Shown: piece after piece, positions 40,828 to 55,078 of the stretch | Layout: the number at the start of each line of letters is the position of its first letter | Numbering within the stretch: position 1 is the stretch's first letter | Assembly (NCBI GenBank): GCA_964276515.1 | Contig: OZ193909.1 | Location: 20,646,001 to 20,710,000 of the forward strand | Reading direction: 5' to 3' | DNA from: Gordius albopunctatus | Taxonomy: Eukaryota | Length of the DNA: 64,000 nt | Made by a program: the position numbers and the translations under genes | Notes under the pieces: generated by a model | Told to the model about the DNA's origin: nothing | What the model saw: only the letters and a program-made list of their open reading frames with translations | The model's database searches: none

Positions 40828-41547
40828 TTACATAACACCTGGGAAAATTAGTTATACTGACTCACTACTTAACATCGAAAAACATAGAGAAGAAATGTGT
40901 AAAATCAGGGATTTATCATCTAATAACTTATTTATATACTTATGATGACAAAATTAAAAGATTATAATTTAGCAACTTGTACATAATTCCCAAAGTTTTA
41001 CATATGAAATATATCTAATCGCTGATTTTCAGGGCATTTCCTTAAATTGAACGCATTAAAAAAATAATCAATTAAAAATACTACAACATATTACTGTTTA
41101 AAGCAAAAATAAACAATAAAATTTAAGCCTGATAATTAAAAGTGTTTTTAGGTAGTTTAATTACCTCTACACCTACTCCATATTTAGAGGGTTGATCTGG
41201 AGTTAAGTTGAGGTCCAAGGTCTTGATTGATGTTGAGATCATATTAAGATTTTGTGATTGTAGAGTAGAGAATTGCACGGTGACCCGAGAGATCCGATAT
41301 TGGGTTGGGTTCGGGTTGAAATTTTTCAAATGTCTTCTGGTTGGGTCGGGTTCGGGTTGAAGATTATAAAATGTTTTCGGGTCGGGTTTGGTTCGAGTTG
41401 AAAAATATTGTAAATGGTTTTGGGGCGGATCAGGTTGGATTTAGTTGAGTCAAAGGTTATGAATCTTAAATTGCAAAATACACGGGACATATCTATTATG
41501 TATAATATTTTTTAATAGATATCCAAATGTATAATTGAAGATCTTTC

Positions 41548-44307
41548 TGTTACGCCTATTTTACTTTATTAGAAATCAATTCACGTTACAAGGAACACGC
41601 GCTCGAAGAAAACAAACGCGATCCAACACACGATAATATAAAATAAGGCGATAGGAAAGACTATATCACGTGTTGTTTATTTTTACTCCACCAGCAAAAT
41701 AGAACTTAAGCGTACATTACACATCGTCAATTATCCTCTACACTCTAGGTAGCTTGGGGCCTGTCGTACCCGGCGCGGGTATCTAACCTCAGGCGAGGCA
41801 TTGTTAAGCTCCGGAGCCATGGGAATGGCATTGTGTTCACCCGCTTCTGTAGCGGAATTGTCATTGAGAATTATTGGCGACTAAACACCGTTGGTAAGGG
41901 GCTTGCATTTATTGGCTCGTTTGCAATGAGACTCAATCGCGCGAGTGTATCCCGGTCCGGCCATCCATTTTTATATCCCACCATTCTCCAGTCCAATATT
42001 ATCCTTGGTCTCAACTGATCCAAATGTCGATGGTGGCTTTTCCCCAGGGCCCTAACTATGTAAGAGCGACTACCAAATTTGGCTGTTATAGATCCTTCTA
42101 GTTCTACCCATTTGTTGGGCCCCAAGAACATGCGTACCCACACATTTTCTCCTACACCGAACGTGTGCGATTTTCCGCTCTACTTCCAATGTTGCTCGGT
42201 TCGAATTTTCCGTTTTAACATTCCTTCTGCAGGAGTTATTCCAGTCGCTGGGTGGATAGTCGCCTTGTAATTTTCCAGGAATAAGCTTAAACCAATTTCG
42301 GAATTGTTGCGCACCACCGCCTCCTTTGCTAGCCGCACGTACCTTTCTGCCAATCGACGCGGGGTGATAGGGTGCTGACCAGTCTTGTTTTATCCCCCTA
42401 CGTCTACAAAATCTTCGGATCTCCTGGCTTCTAAACTGACCGAACCTGGCGAACACCTCCGCCAGCTTTGTTATTATGGTTGAGGTTGCCGTACCTTCTT
42501 ATTTTAAAATCTCCAACCATTTTGTTCCGTTAGCCACCAAGACTAAATACGACTTGCCGCGCTCCGGCCCAAACAAATCCACGTGTACCTGGCTCCAAGG
42601 CCTAAAGTTTTGCTCACTTTTGATCAACGGCGCCCTTTTTGCTGCCGCGGCCGTGTAGTTGCATGCCATGCAACATTTTGCTAGGTTTGCGATATCCTGA
42701 ATAAGTGTCGACTACCATACATATTGATCTGTCACATGTTGCATTCGCTTAACGCCCACGTGGCCCTTGTGTAATCGTTGTAGCATCGCCTACCTTAATC
42801 TGGCTGGAAAAAGGACCCGTCGTCTCTTGTAGTAAATAACATCATTGGACTCGTGTAACTTCCGCAGGTACTTTTCGTAGAGGCGCATAGTACCCACGAC
42901 TACTGTGCCATTCTGCGTCCCCCTTATCCATTCTTTGAGATCCCGTAACGTCTCGTCGCAGGCGGTGTACTGTAGTATAACGTCAAGTGAGATAAACGAG
43001 TTCGCGGTATTCTCTAGTACCTCTTCGGTAACTTGGAAAGCCTGCTCAATTATATCGTCATTAAGCCACTTGTCCAGTTCTTCACCACCTCCCTCCTCCA
43101 TGCTAAGGGTACTCGCCGTTCTGGGATAAACACCTGTTTGATTCCGTTTTCCCCTGGCCCGTCGACTTCAATGTCCCTCCCAGCTTGCGGATTTGCCCCC
43201 TTCTGCACCGTCACCCGTCGAACCATATCTTCGAAGTAACTATTGGTTCGTTCCAAGTAAAGGCGGTCCCTTTACATCCGCCACCAACAGCGGCAGGCGC
43301 TTTCGGGTGGAACCTAGACAGGCCTCGGCTGTTACGTCTCTGATAATCTTTATCTCCTTGCCGCCGAACGCATATACGGAAGGTCTCGGGTTTGTTTGCA
43401 CCGGTAAGCGCTCCTTCCACTAGTTGGCCTGCACGATTGTAATGGTAGACCCGTGTCCATAAGAAAAGTTATCAAGGTGTTATTAACATATAAATCAATA
43501 GTCAAAATATCTAATGCATGGCCGAACCTGGTCATACTCGGGCCCGTCCTCGTTGCGTCGACTGTAAATGCCTCGTCCACTGGCTGGTGCATTGTCCTTA
43601 GGCCTTCGCCGATTGCCTCTCGACCTAGGGCGATCTCCACGGCCTTGTCCCATTTGAGATCCCTCTCAGCCATCAACGAAGCTTGCACCGTTGGGTCGTG
43701 GAGTCCTAGAATCATCAGCTGATTGACCATCCTGGCCGATAATTCCCCAGGCTGAAAACCGCAGTCTTTTGATGGCTCCTTTAGCCTGCGAATATATCGC
43801 ATGAGTTCTTCCTCCGGCATTTGTCGAATATTTCTAAAAATAAATCTTTGCGCAAGCGGGCAGGTCTGCAATTTAGACGCTTTCTTTACTCTACTGGTCG
43901 CTTCTTCGAACAACCACTTGGAAGGGTTATCTGGGTACGCGTCGTCCGCGATAACCCTAAACGCCTCCGCCGATAAAGAACTTAGCAGCCTGCACGTTTT
44001 CTGGGTATCGGATAACGTCCCGGATTGTGCCTTAATGTTGGCCTCGAATTGAATTAGAAATGTTTCAATAGAATCTCCCACTTTGAATAATTCAATGTCC
44101 TTTCTAACGATTATTGAATTAGAAATGCTTCAATAGAATCTCCCCCTCTGAATAATTCCATGTCTTTTCTAACGATTATGGAATTAGAAATGCTTCAATA
44201 GAATCTCCCCCTCTGAATAATTCCCCGTAGGTTCTAACGATCCTACTCATGACACCAATGTTACGTCTATTTTACTTTATTAGAAATCAATTCACGTTAC
44301 AAGGAAC
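41548..44307 (-). mobile_element. Gypsy LTR retrotransposon, internally deleted (gag-PR-IN, no RT/RNase H)
   Basis: LTR end TGTTACGYCTATTTTACTTTATTAGAAATC repeated at 41548 and 44259. PBS TGGTGTCA(T)GA next to the 5' LTR (~44245-44257). Gag ORF 43350-44081, protease FLMDTG, integrase H-x-GH..CxxC and SAPYHPAS. The 5' LTR is cut by a MITE at 44308. Confidence 0.9.
44049..44240. repeat. ~62-bp tandem triplication at the Gypsy gag start
   Basis: AATTAGAAATGYTTCAATAGAATCTCC...GAATAATTC..TTCTAACGAT occurs three times. Confidence 0.85.
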
Positions 44308-44654
44308 CAGGGGTTTGTCCCGAACCCGAACCCGAACCGGGTAAAACCCGATGTTTTACAGAACCCGAACCCAAACCAGAACCCATTTTTAAAAATAACC
44401 CTAACCCTAACCCGATGAATACAAAAAAGGGTTCGGCTTCGACTTTCCAATTCAAAAATATATTGTGAATTGAATATCTCAGTTTTCTCTATCATGACAA
44501 TGTAACGAAAACCATACGATTTTAATTTCAATATTTTTATGTTTCCGGCATTTATCATTCATTAATCAATACTAATTATCTCAAGAATTATTTGTAATTA
44601 TTATATATATAATTGATATATATTAGTTATGGTATGGTTTTTAATTTTTTTATG

Positions 44655-45280
44655 GAGGTACCAGGGAAGAGAGGAAAAGCACGACCCCGTGTCACGTGAA
44701 AAGGGCAAGTCGATAAAGTTATGAAAACTAAAGAGATTAATCAAGATATGGCACTCACCCGGTCAAGATGGAAGAAACTTATCAAAACAAAACCCCACGA
44801 ATGTGGGACCAAATAACTGAAAAAGAAGAAGAAGATTGCCTGTAAGCCTCTATCGCGTGACCCTATAATGAATTGGCCTGTCCTTCTGTTTGGCAATTCT
44901 TCATTTCCGAATTTGCAGCTGTCGGCTGCGGCCTTGAGTTTATCCGCGTACACGTATATCGTCGCTCCCACCTATTGTCAAACCTTTGAGAACTCATATC
45001 TATTTGCCATCACACATAAATTTCTATATAATAATTTTCTTAGCTGTTTCTTAGTTTCTTGGTATAAATTCCTGTAAGATCTTGCGGTCTATAGTACTTT
45101 AATACTAACTGGAATGCCTCCCCATCGATGCTGTTTAAAGCAACGCCGCTTTTTGATCGTATGTCGCAGGCTTGATATTGCTCCGTAGGAATAGCTTAAA
45201 TTGGGTTATAAATGCCTCGATGCTATTGTTTAGCTTGTACTTCAGCATCAACACGTAAGTTTCTCCTTGAAGCTACTGCT
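44655..45280. mobile_element. RTE 3' tail (+) abutting a second Gypsy gag relic (-)
   Basis: GKRGKARPRVT-type RTE end with a (GAA)n tail at ~44822-44835. Minus strand: YADKLKAAADSCKFGNEELPNR..QFIIG. Confidence 0.6.
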
Positions 45281-45399
45281 ATGAGCGGAATAATATTTTT
45301 TTAATGTTAAAATGTCTTTATTAGGTAAAATTGATACATAAAATATACAATAAACGAGCATAAAATAATATTATAAATAAAAATTTATTCATAAGATTC

Positions 45400-46560
45400 G
45401 TCAATAGCCAACACGGGCCATGTGTCAGATAGAGATTTGTAAATATATTTAGCTATTAAAATGTAAAGCTAGGTCATTATTTTTGGGTGATCTGTTTCCT
45501 ATTGATTAAAAAAGTGCTAATGCTTTCTTGCCAAAACTAGTGGAACAGGAAGCTACTATTGGAATAAAAATTTTAGATTGATCAATGGCTCGGTATTTGA
45601 GTGTTTTACAATCTTCCGCACAGGAAAGTGGATTAAAATTATTATTAGTTGGTGCGAAGATATTAATGCAGGTAAAGTCCCAATCTAGGAACTTACCATC
45701 CTCCCAGGGAATCATAGAAACTCCGTCGGGACGAATTCTATCCTCTAAAGAAGGATCGGATGTTTTGAGAATGGAAGGAGTGCCGTCCTTTTTTAAAGCC
45801 GATTAAATCAAAAGGTAAACCTTTTGATGACGCATAAATCGATATTTGTTTAACTTGCAATGGAGTGGGTAATGAGCCCAGATATCTATTTCCTTGTTGA
45901 AAATTTTGCAGGGATATCCTATGGTAATCTTAATATCTAAACGGAGAGCTATTGCTTACGAACCTTCTGGATTTGAAAGCAGAAGTCCTGAGTGTTTTGT
46001 GATACATTCAAGCCATTCGTGACCAGAGTCGGTCGTAAGTGACCTGAGATTGAAATGCTTCCCAGTATCATAACTCAAAAGTAGGTAAGCGACGGAGCGT
46101 GATACTATACTGGCATCCCAATCTCGTTGTTTGGCCGACTCTGGAAGACTGGTTCCTGGTATTACGTTCTCATGCCAAGACAATATGGCCAATTCCGTTT
46201 CCGTTAAAAAATCATTTGATTGAGAGGTTAATTTAAAAACAAGATCCTTCTCAGATTTAAGGGACGAGAGAAAGGCGGCCACAAAGGAAATAGTCGGGGA
46301 CCTAATTCCTAAGCCCCCAAATTTGGTTGGAATGATGGCCTGCAGCTAGCTGGTATTATCTAAAGGTAGATTCAAAACTATTTCTATGAGATCTTTAATT
46401 GTAGATTCATATACTTTTAAAATATTTGTAAGTAAAAAAGCGGCAACTGATCTAAAACAGTGCTTAATTTTCGAGATGTTTAAAAGGTTTTTTATCATAA
46501 AAAAGCTCAATGTATTAATAGTGGTTTTAAAAATCTAATTTTGAGGCCCAAAAGGCTTAA
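45400..46560 (-). mobile_element. CRE-like non-LTR element relic with restriction-like endonuclease
   Basis: PTKFGGLGIRSP, AAFLSS, PDGVSMIPWEDGKFLDWDFTC, KTLKY..FIPIVAS..SFGKKA. Confidence 0.75.
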
Positions 46561-48253
46561 ATTCTTGTTTATAAAGCCTTGTAAACAGGAAGATCCACCT
46601 ATAGGCGAAGATTTTCATTATTCACAATAAAATATGTTTTAAATATGGAATTTTGATCAAAATTAGGAGGCTATAAAACTTCGCATTTGGCATCATTAAG
46701 TGTAAGATTTAAATATGTGTAATAGTCTTTAATTATATTAATGGCTTTGGCTACTTATAACCAACGTTAGGAAGTTATATAAAATCAAAATAATGATAAT
46801 CGTATATATAGAACAAAGATATACGTTAAAACCAATTAACGTTAATTTAATTGTCACTCGAGGCATTACTACATTTTCCAATTCGGTAATTTACGTATCG
46901 CCCGAGGCACTTCGCACTCCTATTACCCCTCTACACCCTGGATAAACCGTCATACTAGTGTTGTAAAAATATATGGGTTTTGTTTAATTGACCTTGGAGT
47001 TAGTTTGTTAAACAAACATTGCAGGTTTGGTTTTCATAGTCGACCTAATATGAGATTTGAAATACAGACCATACGATTTTGGACTGTTTTTGTAAAATCG
47101 AGCGTTAGCCATAGTGTAGCCAGGCGGTCTAATACATCCATTTTTTCCAACACGGCATACATAAAGCACCTAACCTGATAAAAAGACAACTTAACTTGAA
47201 TAAAATTCTGGGTATTGTTTGTAGAATTTTCAATCCCAATAGAATATCATACAAAAATCTGTGGATAAATGCATAACTACCCCCGTAAAAAATATTATAT
47301 TAACCAAGGAATGGAGATTTTTAGCCCATTAAGTTAAAATGGGAGGCATTAACTATTGTCTGTCTTTCCTGTTTTGGCGACCTCCTTTATGCGGGCAGCG
47401 TGTGTAATGGCAGTTTGCTTTACAAAGTATACCGCGACATCCAAACCCTTGCCAAGGACTGGACATTATTGCAAGCTATTAGGCATGACAGAAAATCATG
47501 GAAAAATTTCTTGAATAGTCAAGTTTCTCGTATTTTCACTAGGCCCGCTAATCTCTCTCTGTAATCTATTATATCATAATTAATGGTCATTACTACCTTA
47601 AATTACATTAATTTATTAACATGCATTTCAATGCATAATAACAAATTTTATTATTGTCGTATCCGGAGATTTGTCCCACCCCCCCTGTTTATTTAAAAGT
47701 TCCTTGATTACAAGATTCTTTTGATATTACGCGCCGGCCGTACAACATCTGTATTTCCACCACTATTCTTTTACATTTAATTTCTAGTACGCGTATGTTA
47801 TTCCCACACCCGACGCGCTTATACGTATTTGTTATTTCTTCCCCCGATATTATTATTGCACGCGTCATTGAATTCGATATACGCACAGTGTATCGAAAAT
47901 CATTTGATTATTAATTATTAATTTATTCTTGTTTCTCGGATATAAATAAAATATAATATCATGTAAAGCTATAAAGTCATATTTATTTAAAGGCTTTAAG
48001 CCCGGCCATCTCCCCCATATATCCAAATATCGTTCCTTATTCCTATTCCTTGATAATTACTCCTGGTGGTTCCCCTTCAAACTTTTATATTTCTAATCGT
48101 ATTCCCCTTTTTAGGAATACGATAATTATTACAAGAAAAACTACATAAGTTAGTAATATCGTGGACCTATGCTCAATTTGGCTTAAAAAGGTCTTCGGGG
48201 TAAAATACATACAGACATTTCAAATCATCTGGAAAATTATTTAAAACTTCATT

Positions 48254-51200
48254 ATGGAGCAACTTACGCCTCCATCTAGGCTTATACATTTTGGAAGTCT
48301 TGCTGAAAAGGAAGCTATTAGAATAGCATCAGGCGGCACTAGCGAAGATATCAAATTAGGAATTAAAGCTGGGAATATTAATATATCAAATGGTTAGTAT
48401 AATATATACTTGTTATAATTAGATTTAGCTGAAACTATTAATTTGGATCCTTCTCAGCCAACTGATAATCAAAAAGCACTTTTGGCTGAATTTGAAAGAA
48501 GAAAGAGGGTAATAAACATCTAAATATATATCTATGATATAATAGGCAAGACATATGAATTTAACAACTGATGATGCTGAAGTTCGTGCCTATTTAAGAA
48601 AACTAAAAAAGCCTATATGTAAGTACTAATTTTTTGTTTTTTGAATTATTTTTATTTATAAAGGTTTATTTGGGGAAGGACCGGGAGAAAGAAGAGAAAG
48701 ATTAAAACAGTATTTATCTCTGCTAGGAGATGATGTGTTAGCAAGACTTAAAGAATCTGTGGCATCTTCTACTTCTTCTGTTTCATCGTCATCTAAATTG
48801 GATATGCCAGAGGTATATTATATTTAAAACAATGAAAATATGAATAAATCATATAGAATGAAACATGGTATCACGAAGGACCTCCTACTTTAAGAGATTG
48901 TAGATTATGGCTTGCCCAATATTCTTTGCCCAGGTAAACTTGTTTTATACACTTTTTTAATTTTGATCATTTCCCTATCCATTCTTGACATGTATAATAT
49001 ATTGTAATTATAAATATTAGAGCAAGAGATAGACTTGAAAAGGCTAGGGCTGATTTAAGCATCACTGAAACCCAAAGGACTGCCCAAAAACAAAAACTAC
49101 ACAGAACAATCAATGTACGTGTTTATATTATAATAATTTATTTGCCTAAAATAGTCTTTTGCCTTATTATTCACCCAAATTGGAGATAATAGGCCCCTTT
49201 CTTCTTGTAACTTTAATGATGATTCCAGTCTGGTAGCTGTTTCGTCGTGGAGTGGTTTGTGTAAAGTTTGGACCACAGCTGATTGTACACTCAAACACAC
49301 CCTGCGTGGACATATAACTAATGTTGGAAGTGTGATATTTTATCCGGGTGCTACTTTTCAAGACCCATCCATTTTTGGGGAGTCTGCTAATCAAACATTA
49401 TCACTTGCTTCATGTGGCCACGATGGTTCCGTTAAATTGTGGAATATGAGCTCGTGAGTTTTGTGTTACCTTTTACCTAAAATTTTATTTGGCCAATTTA
49501 TACCTAACCATATTATGGAGGTTATGATTATTCTTGGTTTTGGGGGAAGTTTTCTTATTTGCTTAGTATGATGAAAAAAAATTTAAATTAATTTGAAGTT
49601 TTTTCCTCATTGCATTTTAATAATAATTTTAAAATTGGCATCTTTTCATTCATTCATAATAAATTATTACAGGGAAGAAGCCATAGCTGATCTAGAAGGT
49701 CACGAACCACATAGAGTGTCTCGTTTACAATTTCATCCATCCGGGCGATTTCTTGGGACCTGTTGGTAAAATTAACTCCCTCATATTTATATAAATCGGG
49801 GGGGGGGGGGGGGGTAGGGTGATGGATTTACTAGATATATTTTTTTGTTTTTTATGAAATATTTTAGCTCCTTTTATTTCGTTTAAACCCCATTTTTTAT
49901 TTTAATCTTTTAGTCTTTGCCACTTCTTTATAAATTTCAGTTTTTTGAAGGATTCACTCACTAAATTTAAGTGAATCGTTGGTTAGGACTAGTTTCTATG
50001 AAGACAATAATCATACACAATTTAGTGGTATTATTAATTTTTTCTATAAAATTGTAAACATAAATTCAATTTAACAAGTTATCCTATAGCCAGCATTGGA
50101 GTTAGAGGAGGGCAATAATGAGAGCAAAATGATTATATTTTGAAATTTTAGCCATAATTTTACCCAATTTATGGATTTAGAGGGGGCAGCCGCCCCTCCC
50201 TGCCCCCCCCCCCCGCCTTGGCTACGCCTATGCCTATAGCTGTATGTCATTATTGGTGGTCAGCCTAGAGATTGGGTGAGGGATGACACTAGACCATCTA
50301 GGTTTGACAGCCGTGGTGACCTATGTGACATCTTCCTTTAAAAGAAAGTGTCGTGGGCGAGATTTAATATTTATGTGGTGAAGTTGAAATAATCGGCTTG
50401 ACAATAGTTATAAGAGTAGAGACCCGCGCCGGTGACCCGAAACTCGACCCAGGTCGGGTTCAAGTTAAAATTAAAATGCTTTTGGGTCTGGTTCGGAGTG
50501 AAAAAATGTAACTTTGCAGGTGTCATGTTGGAGTCGGACTCCTTTAGCATAGGAAGGAGGAGGAGTGTTAATATTACTGTATATCGTTTTAGTTTCGATA
50601 CCACGTGGAGATTGTGGGACATGGAATACAGGGAAGAGATACTGTATCAAGAGGGACACTCTGACCCCGTCTTCGATATTTCCTTCCATCCCGACGGTTC
50701 TCTCTCTGCTACCGGGTATTCATAACCAGCCTTTTTTGTGAAGTTGCTATAACGATATTTAATCCCAGACTAATAATACTTAATAGACTGGTGAAGAGCT
50801 CATTTTTGTGACAAAATTTATTATGAAACTTAGGTCCCGCGCAATAAGTTATGGAAGAAAGCTTGAGAGCATTAAAGGATTATGCATAATATGTTGTTAT
50901 AGAGCGATATTATTACTTTGTCGTTATAAGCCTCAAACAAGCCTGCCTACACCACTCTCTTAATAATTATCAGCTGTTCGCCTCCTGTCTTTCGTATCAT
51001 TAGTCTATGTGTATTTGACCGATGATAATAATAATAGCAAGTTTCCTGGCATAATTTTAGGGGATTCGATACTTATGGTCGAGTTTGGGATTTGCGCACC
51101 GGGCACTGTATCATGTTCATGGAAGACCACTTGAAACCAATTTACACTATTGATTGGTCGCCGAACGGGTACACACCACGTACACTCTCTCTCAGCCATA

Positions 51201-52114
51201 TTAATATTTGTTTCTGTAGTTAAGTAGTTTAGATGCTATATGTTAGTCATTTGGATGTTTCATCAGGTATAACCTCATAACGGGTAGCCAGGATAATACG
51301 TGCAAAATTTGGGACATTAGACAAAGGAAATGCCTGTACACCGTCCCGGCCCACGACAATCTCATCTCCAAAGCCAAATTTTTGAGTAACCACATAAAGT
51401 TTTCTCATTTGTTTCACCCCTTGGGTCTGGAATGAATGTAAATTTATATATTAGATATGTATGATGTTATAAAATACATTCATCTTAAATCGCAGGGAGT
51501 AATGGAGAATGCATATTGACCGCCTCGTACGACGGAACCGCCAAGGTAATGTTATTATCATTAAGACCTAAACCATTGGTCAAGTTGAAATTAGTGACTT
51601 GAAGGGACATAGTTTTCAACTTATCGATTTGCTTAGAGTTTCCTTACTTAATAGGGTGCCTACACTTTTTATTTTATAGTTATAGAAACCCTAGTGTTAA
51701 AAAACGATATTAAATTCAACGAATCATACTAATATCAGCAGCCACTTATTTTCCTCGCGCGAGACTCCTTTTTTAAACTTATATATCTTCGAGAGAGATA
51801 AAAAAAAGTACTAGCGGAATGGCTATAATTCCGACGAAAAGTTCATAAATAGCTTTCAAGCTTTTTCTTATTTTGGCTCAAAGAAGTCAATTTTCTCATT
51901 TGATGGTATGCTAGTAGTATAAATATTTATTCCACAAACAAACATTATGCAGCTATGGGCTCACCCAGGTTGGATGCCTATTAAAACGTTGAAGGCTCAA
52001 GAAGGGAAAATCATGGGTGCAGATATTAGTAAGGACGGACATTTGTTAGTTACCTGCGGTTTCGATAAAACGTTCAAGCTATGGGGCCCTGACGATACGT
52101 TCCTTTCTTTCTGA
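48254..52114 (+). CDS. PRPF4: U4/U6 snRNP protein Prp4 (WD40), 13 exons
   Basis: [125 protein letters not shown]. All introns inspected are GT-AG. Confidence 0.95.
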
Positions 52115-53366
52115 TGCTCTTCATTACTCTCTCCATATTATAATTAGACTTGGAATATTGTATATGATATTTTCATTTCATCCTTCTCTATATTCTTGCT
52201 ACCGTTATAATTGTAAATTTGAGAGTGGTTATCGTTTATTAGTACTAAAGGGTAATAAATCTAATAGCCCCCTTCATTTATATTTTTTATTCTGTATAAA
52301 CTTGGTAATATGTTTTGCTTGTATATTTTGCGAGTGGTTACTGTTAAAGATGAATTTAAGATTCGTACACTATAATAAATAGGGAATATCGACAGAACTT
52401 AGTAATATACTTTTTATGGAATTTGGGTGATTTGGGGAGAACAAAAGAATAGTCAATTATCATAAATTGCGATTTCTTCGTTTTTGGGGGGAACAATTTA
52501 TTTTATGATCCATAAATTTTCGTGTGGGGGATATATAATTTTTTTCGAGAGAGTAAAATTCTATATATATTTAGTGTTTTTTCTTTTTAAGTAAGTGGAG
52601 TAGGCTCAGATGTGGTGCGCGCCTCTAGGCCCGTGTGTCTATTCAATCCAAAAGTAATTACACTCGTTAAGAAATATTGCTTGATACTGTTATCGCTTGC
52701 ACAGAGTTTTAGTTTTTTTGCAATTTGATTTAATTTAGACTATGAAATATTTACATTGCTTACGCAAATTTAAACATTGTCATAATTTTTATAGCTTCGA
52801 TTACAAGAACGGAAGCAAGAATGTAATATATGCGATAAATTATCAATATATAGGGAATAGCGCGGGAATCATAGGTGTACTTGTTAAAATATGGGAAGGT
52901 CAACTTGTTTACAAGTACGGAACTCAAATGATGGATGATCTAATCCTAACGTCTAAAAACTAAGAGGGAAAAGAACTAATGAGATAATTAATGGGTGAAA
53001 GTGTGTGAAAATCAAGGAGATAGTGAGGTGAGTTACAGAAATAATCTTAAAAATGAAAGAAAAATATAATAAAAACCAGGGCCGGGGAGGGGGAAGGAGG
53101 AACGACACTCATCTATACTCCGTATAAACGTAGCATATTTGCTATGCAATTTATGGGCGTGAAAGGTTGAAGGGGCGAGAATGCCTATAGGGGGGTATAA
53201 AATGCAAAATGATTAGTTAATTAAGTTAAATTTTTGTAAAACCTTCTATAAAATATTTATTAATACTTTATTTATTGAGGAATATCTTATTTATCAACTT
53301 ATAAATAAATCATAATGACGAAAGGAACGCAAATAGAGGCTATAACCTGGAAAAGCCAATAGTCAT

Positions 53367-53904
53367 TAGAGCCCTGCACGGGTGACCCGACGCCCGGGTG
53401 GGTTCGGGTTGAAAATTTTAAAATACCTTCTGCTCGGGTTGAAGGTTATGAATCTTATATTGCATAACAAACATATCTTTCAAATTAATGCTATTACATA
53501 TAAAACATTTTTTAATTAATATCGATATATATAATTAATTAATCTCATTCATTCATTTAATTGATTTCCTTGTAATTCACTTCTTATTTTTGTATCTGGC
53601 CAATTTCAAACTCTACATAGGTAAAATATATAATAACTATAATATTTATAATTAAGTGAATTATTATGGTTCCACATAAATTACAGAAGCTGATTGACAA
53701 TAAAATCTTTAGAGTGGAAAAGAATTTGGTGGGTAAATCCAAGGTTTGGCAATTATTCCATTTCATATATGACGAAAATGACAAGAAAATAGACGTTGTT
53801 AGATGCTCAACCTGTTTTCGTGTCTGGTCGTTTTTGGGTTGAAAGTTTTTTAAACGTTTTCGGGTCGGGTTCGGGTTGAAAAAATGTGACTTTGCAGGGC
53901 TCTA
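53367..53904. mobile_element. hAT MITE (TAGAGCCCTGCA TIR)
   Basis: 12-bp perfect TIR, TSD ATAGTCAT / ATATTCAT. Confidence 0.88.
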
Positions 53905-54054
53905 ATATTCATCGAGTTTTTTGATACTGTATAAATTTAAACAATTTTGTGTAGGCGACTCATAATTTGAATTATGATGACTAGACTCTATTCAAATCAT
54001 GCGCATATGTATAGTATAAACAAGATATTAAGAAAACAAAAAAAAATTCCAATC

Positions 54055-54510
54055 AGACCTTGGCCATTGGTCAGTTTTTCCATCACTTTGACCAGTGGTC
54101 ATTTTTTCTAATAGTTAGCAGACAGCCAAATAAATAGCCTATAATTATAATCTAGAAAAAAAATCGATTTTAATCTCACTTTGGCCAGTGGTCATTTTTC
54201 CATTGGTCAGTAACCAGCAGAGTACCAAATACTGGCCAATAATTATAAGCTAGAAAAACAATTTATCTTAATCTCACTTTGGCCAGTGGTAATTTTTTTA
54301 TTGGTCAGTAGCCAGCAAACGGCCAAATAGCCTATATAGAAAAAAATTTTGCTACACTTTAGCCAGTGTTCATTTTTTTCATTGGTCAGTAGCCAGGACA
54401 CGGTCAAAAACGATATAAATACATAAAAGACGAGAGAAAAAATCGATTCACAATTTGGCCAATGGTCATTTTATTCATGGGTCAGCAGCCGGCGGACGGC
54501 CAAATTAACA
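54055..54510. repeat. Degenerate ~90-100-bp tandem repeat
   Basis: Recurring TTTGGCCAGTGGTCATTTTT..ATTGGTCAGTAGCC. Another unit lies at ~55745-55800. Confidence 0.75.
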
Positions 54511-55078
54511 AGAACAATATATTAATTTAATTTTAAAAAAACTTTGCCCTCTCCCGGTATCGAACCAGCAATTAAGAATTTGCCCTCGCCGGGATTCGAA
54601 CCCACATCAGTAGAGGCATATGCTTTTGTAGGGGTGGGGGGCACAGGGGCCCATATCAGTAGAGGCATAGGCCCTTCTAGGAGAGGGCATAGGGTAATTA
54701 TCAATGTTAACCTAATATACCAATTAATAGTGATGCGGAAAAACCGAGAAAAATCTCGGTCTCGAGAATTTGAAAAATTGAGTCGAGACGAGAATTTGAA
54801 AAATTGAGTCGAGACGAGAATTTTTACTTCGAGACGAGACGAGATTTTATCAGCGAGATCTCGGCTTTAATTTTTTTTTACTATTAGTCTTAATTTAGCT
54901 AATTAGAAATTTTTATTTCATGAGATTTACATTTGGGATATTAAATGCAAATAAATTCAATTTAACCATAATAAGGATTACTATAGCCTTTACCCTACTC
55001 AAGTTAATATGGTATTAATACCCAAAAAAATTTTCAGTTAACCTAGATGCTTCAGAAAATGTAAGCATCTAACAGTTA

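Noticed and set aside
54544..54610. tRNA gene on the minus strand (GGTTCGAATCC B-box)
   Set aside because: Only duplicated T-arm and 3' fragments with no cloverleaf; probably SINE- or repeat-derived.
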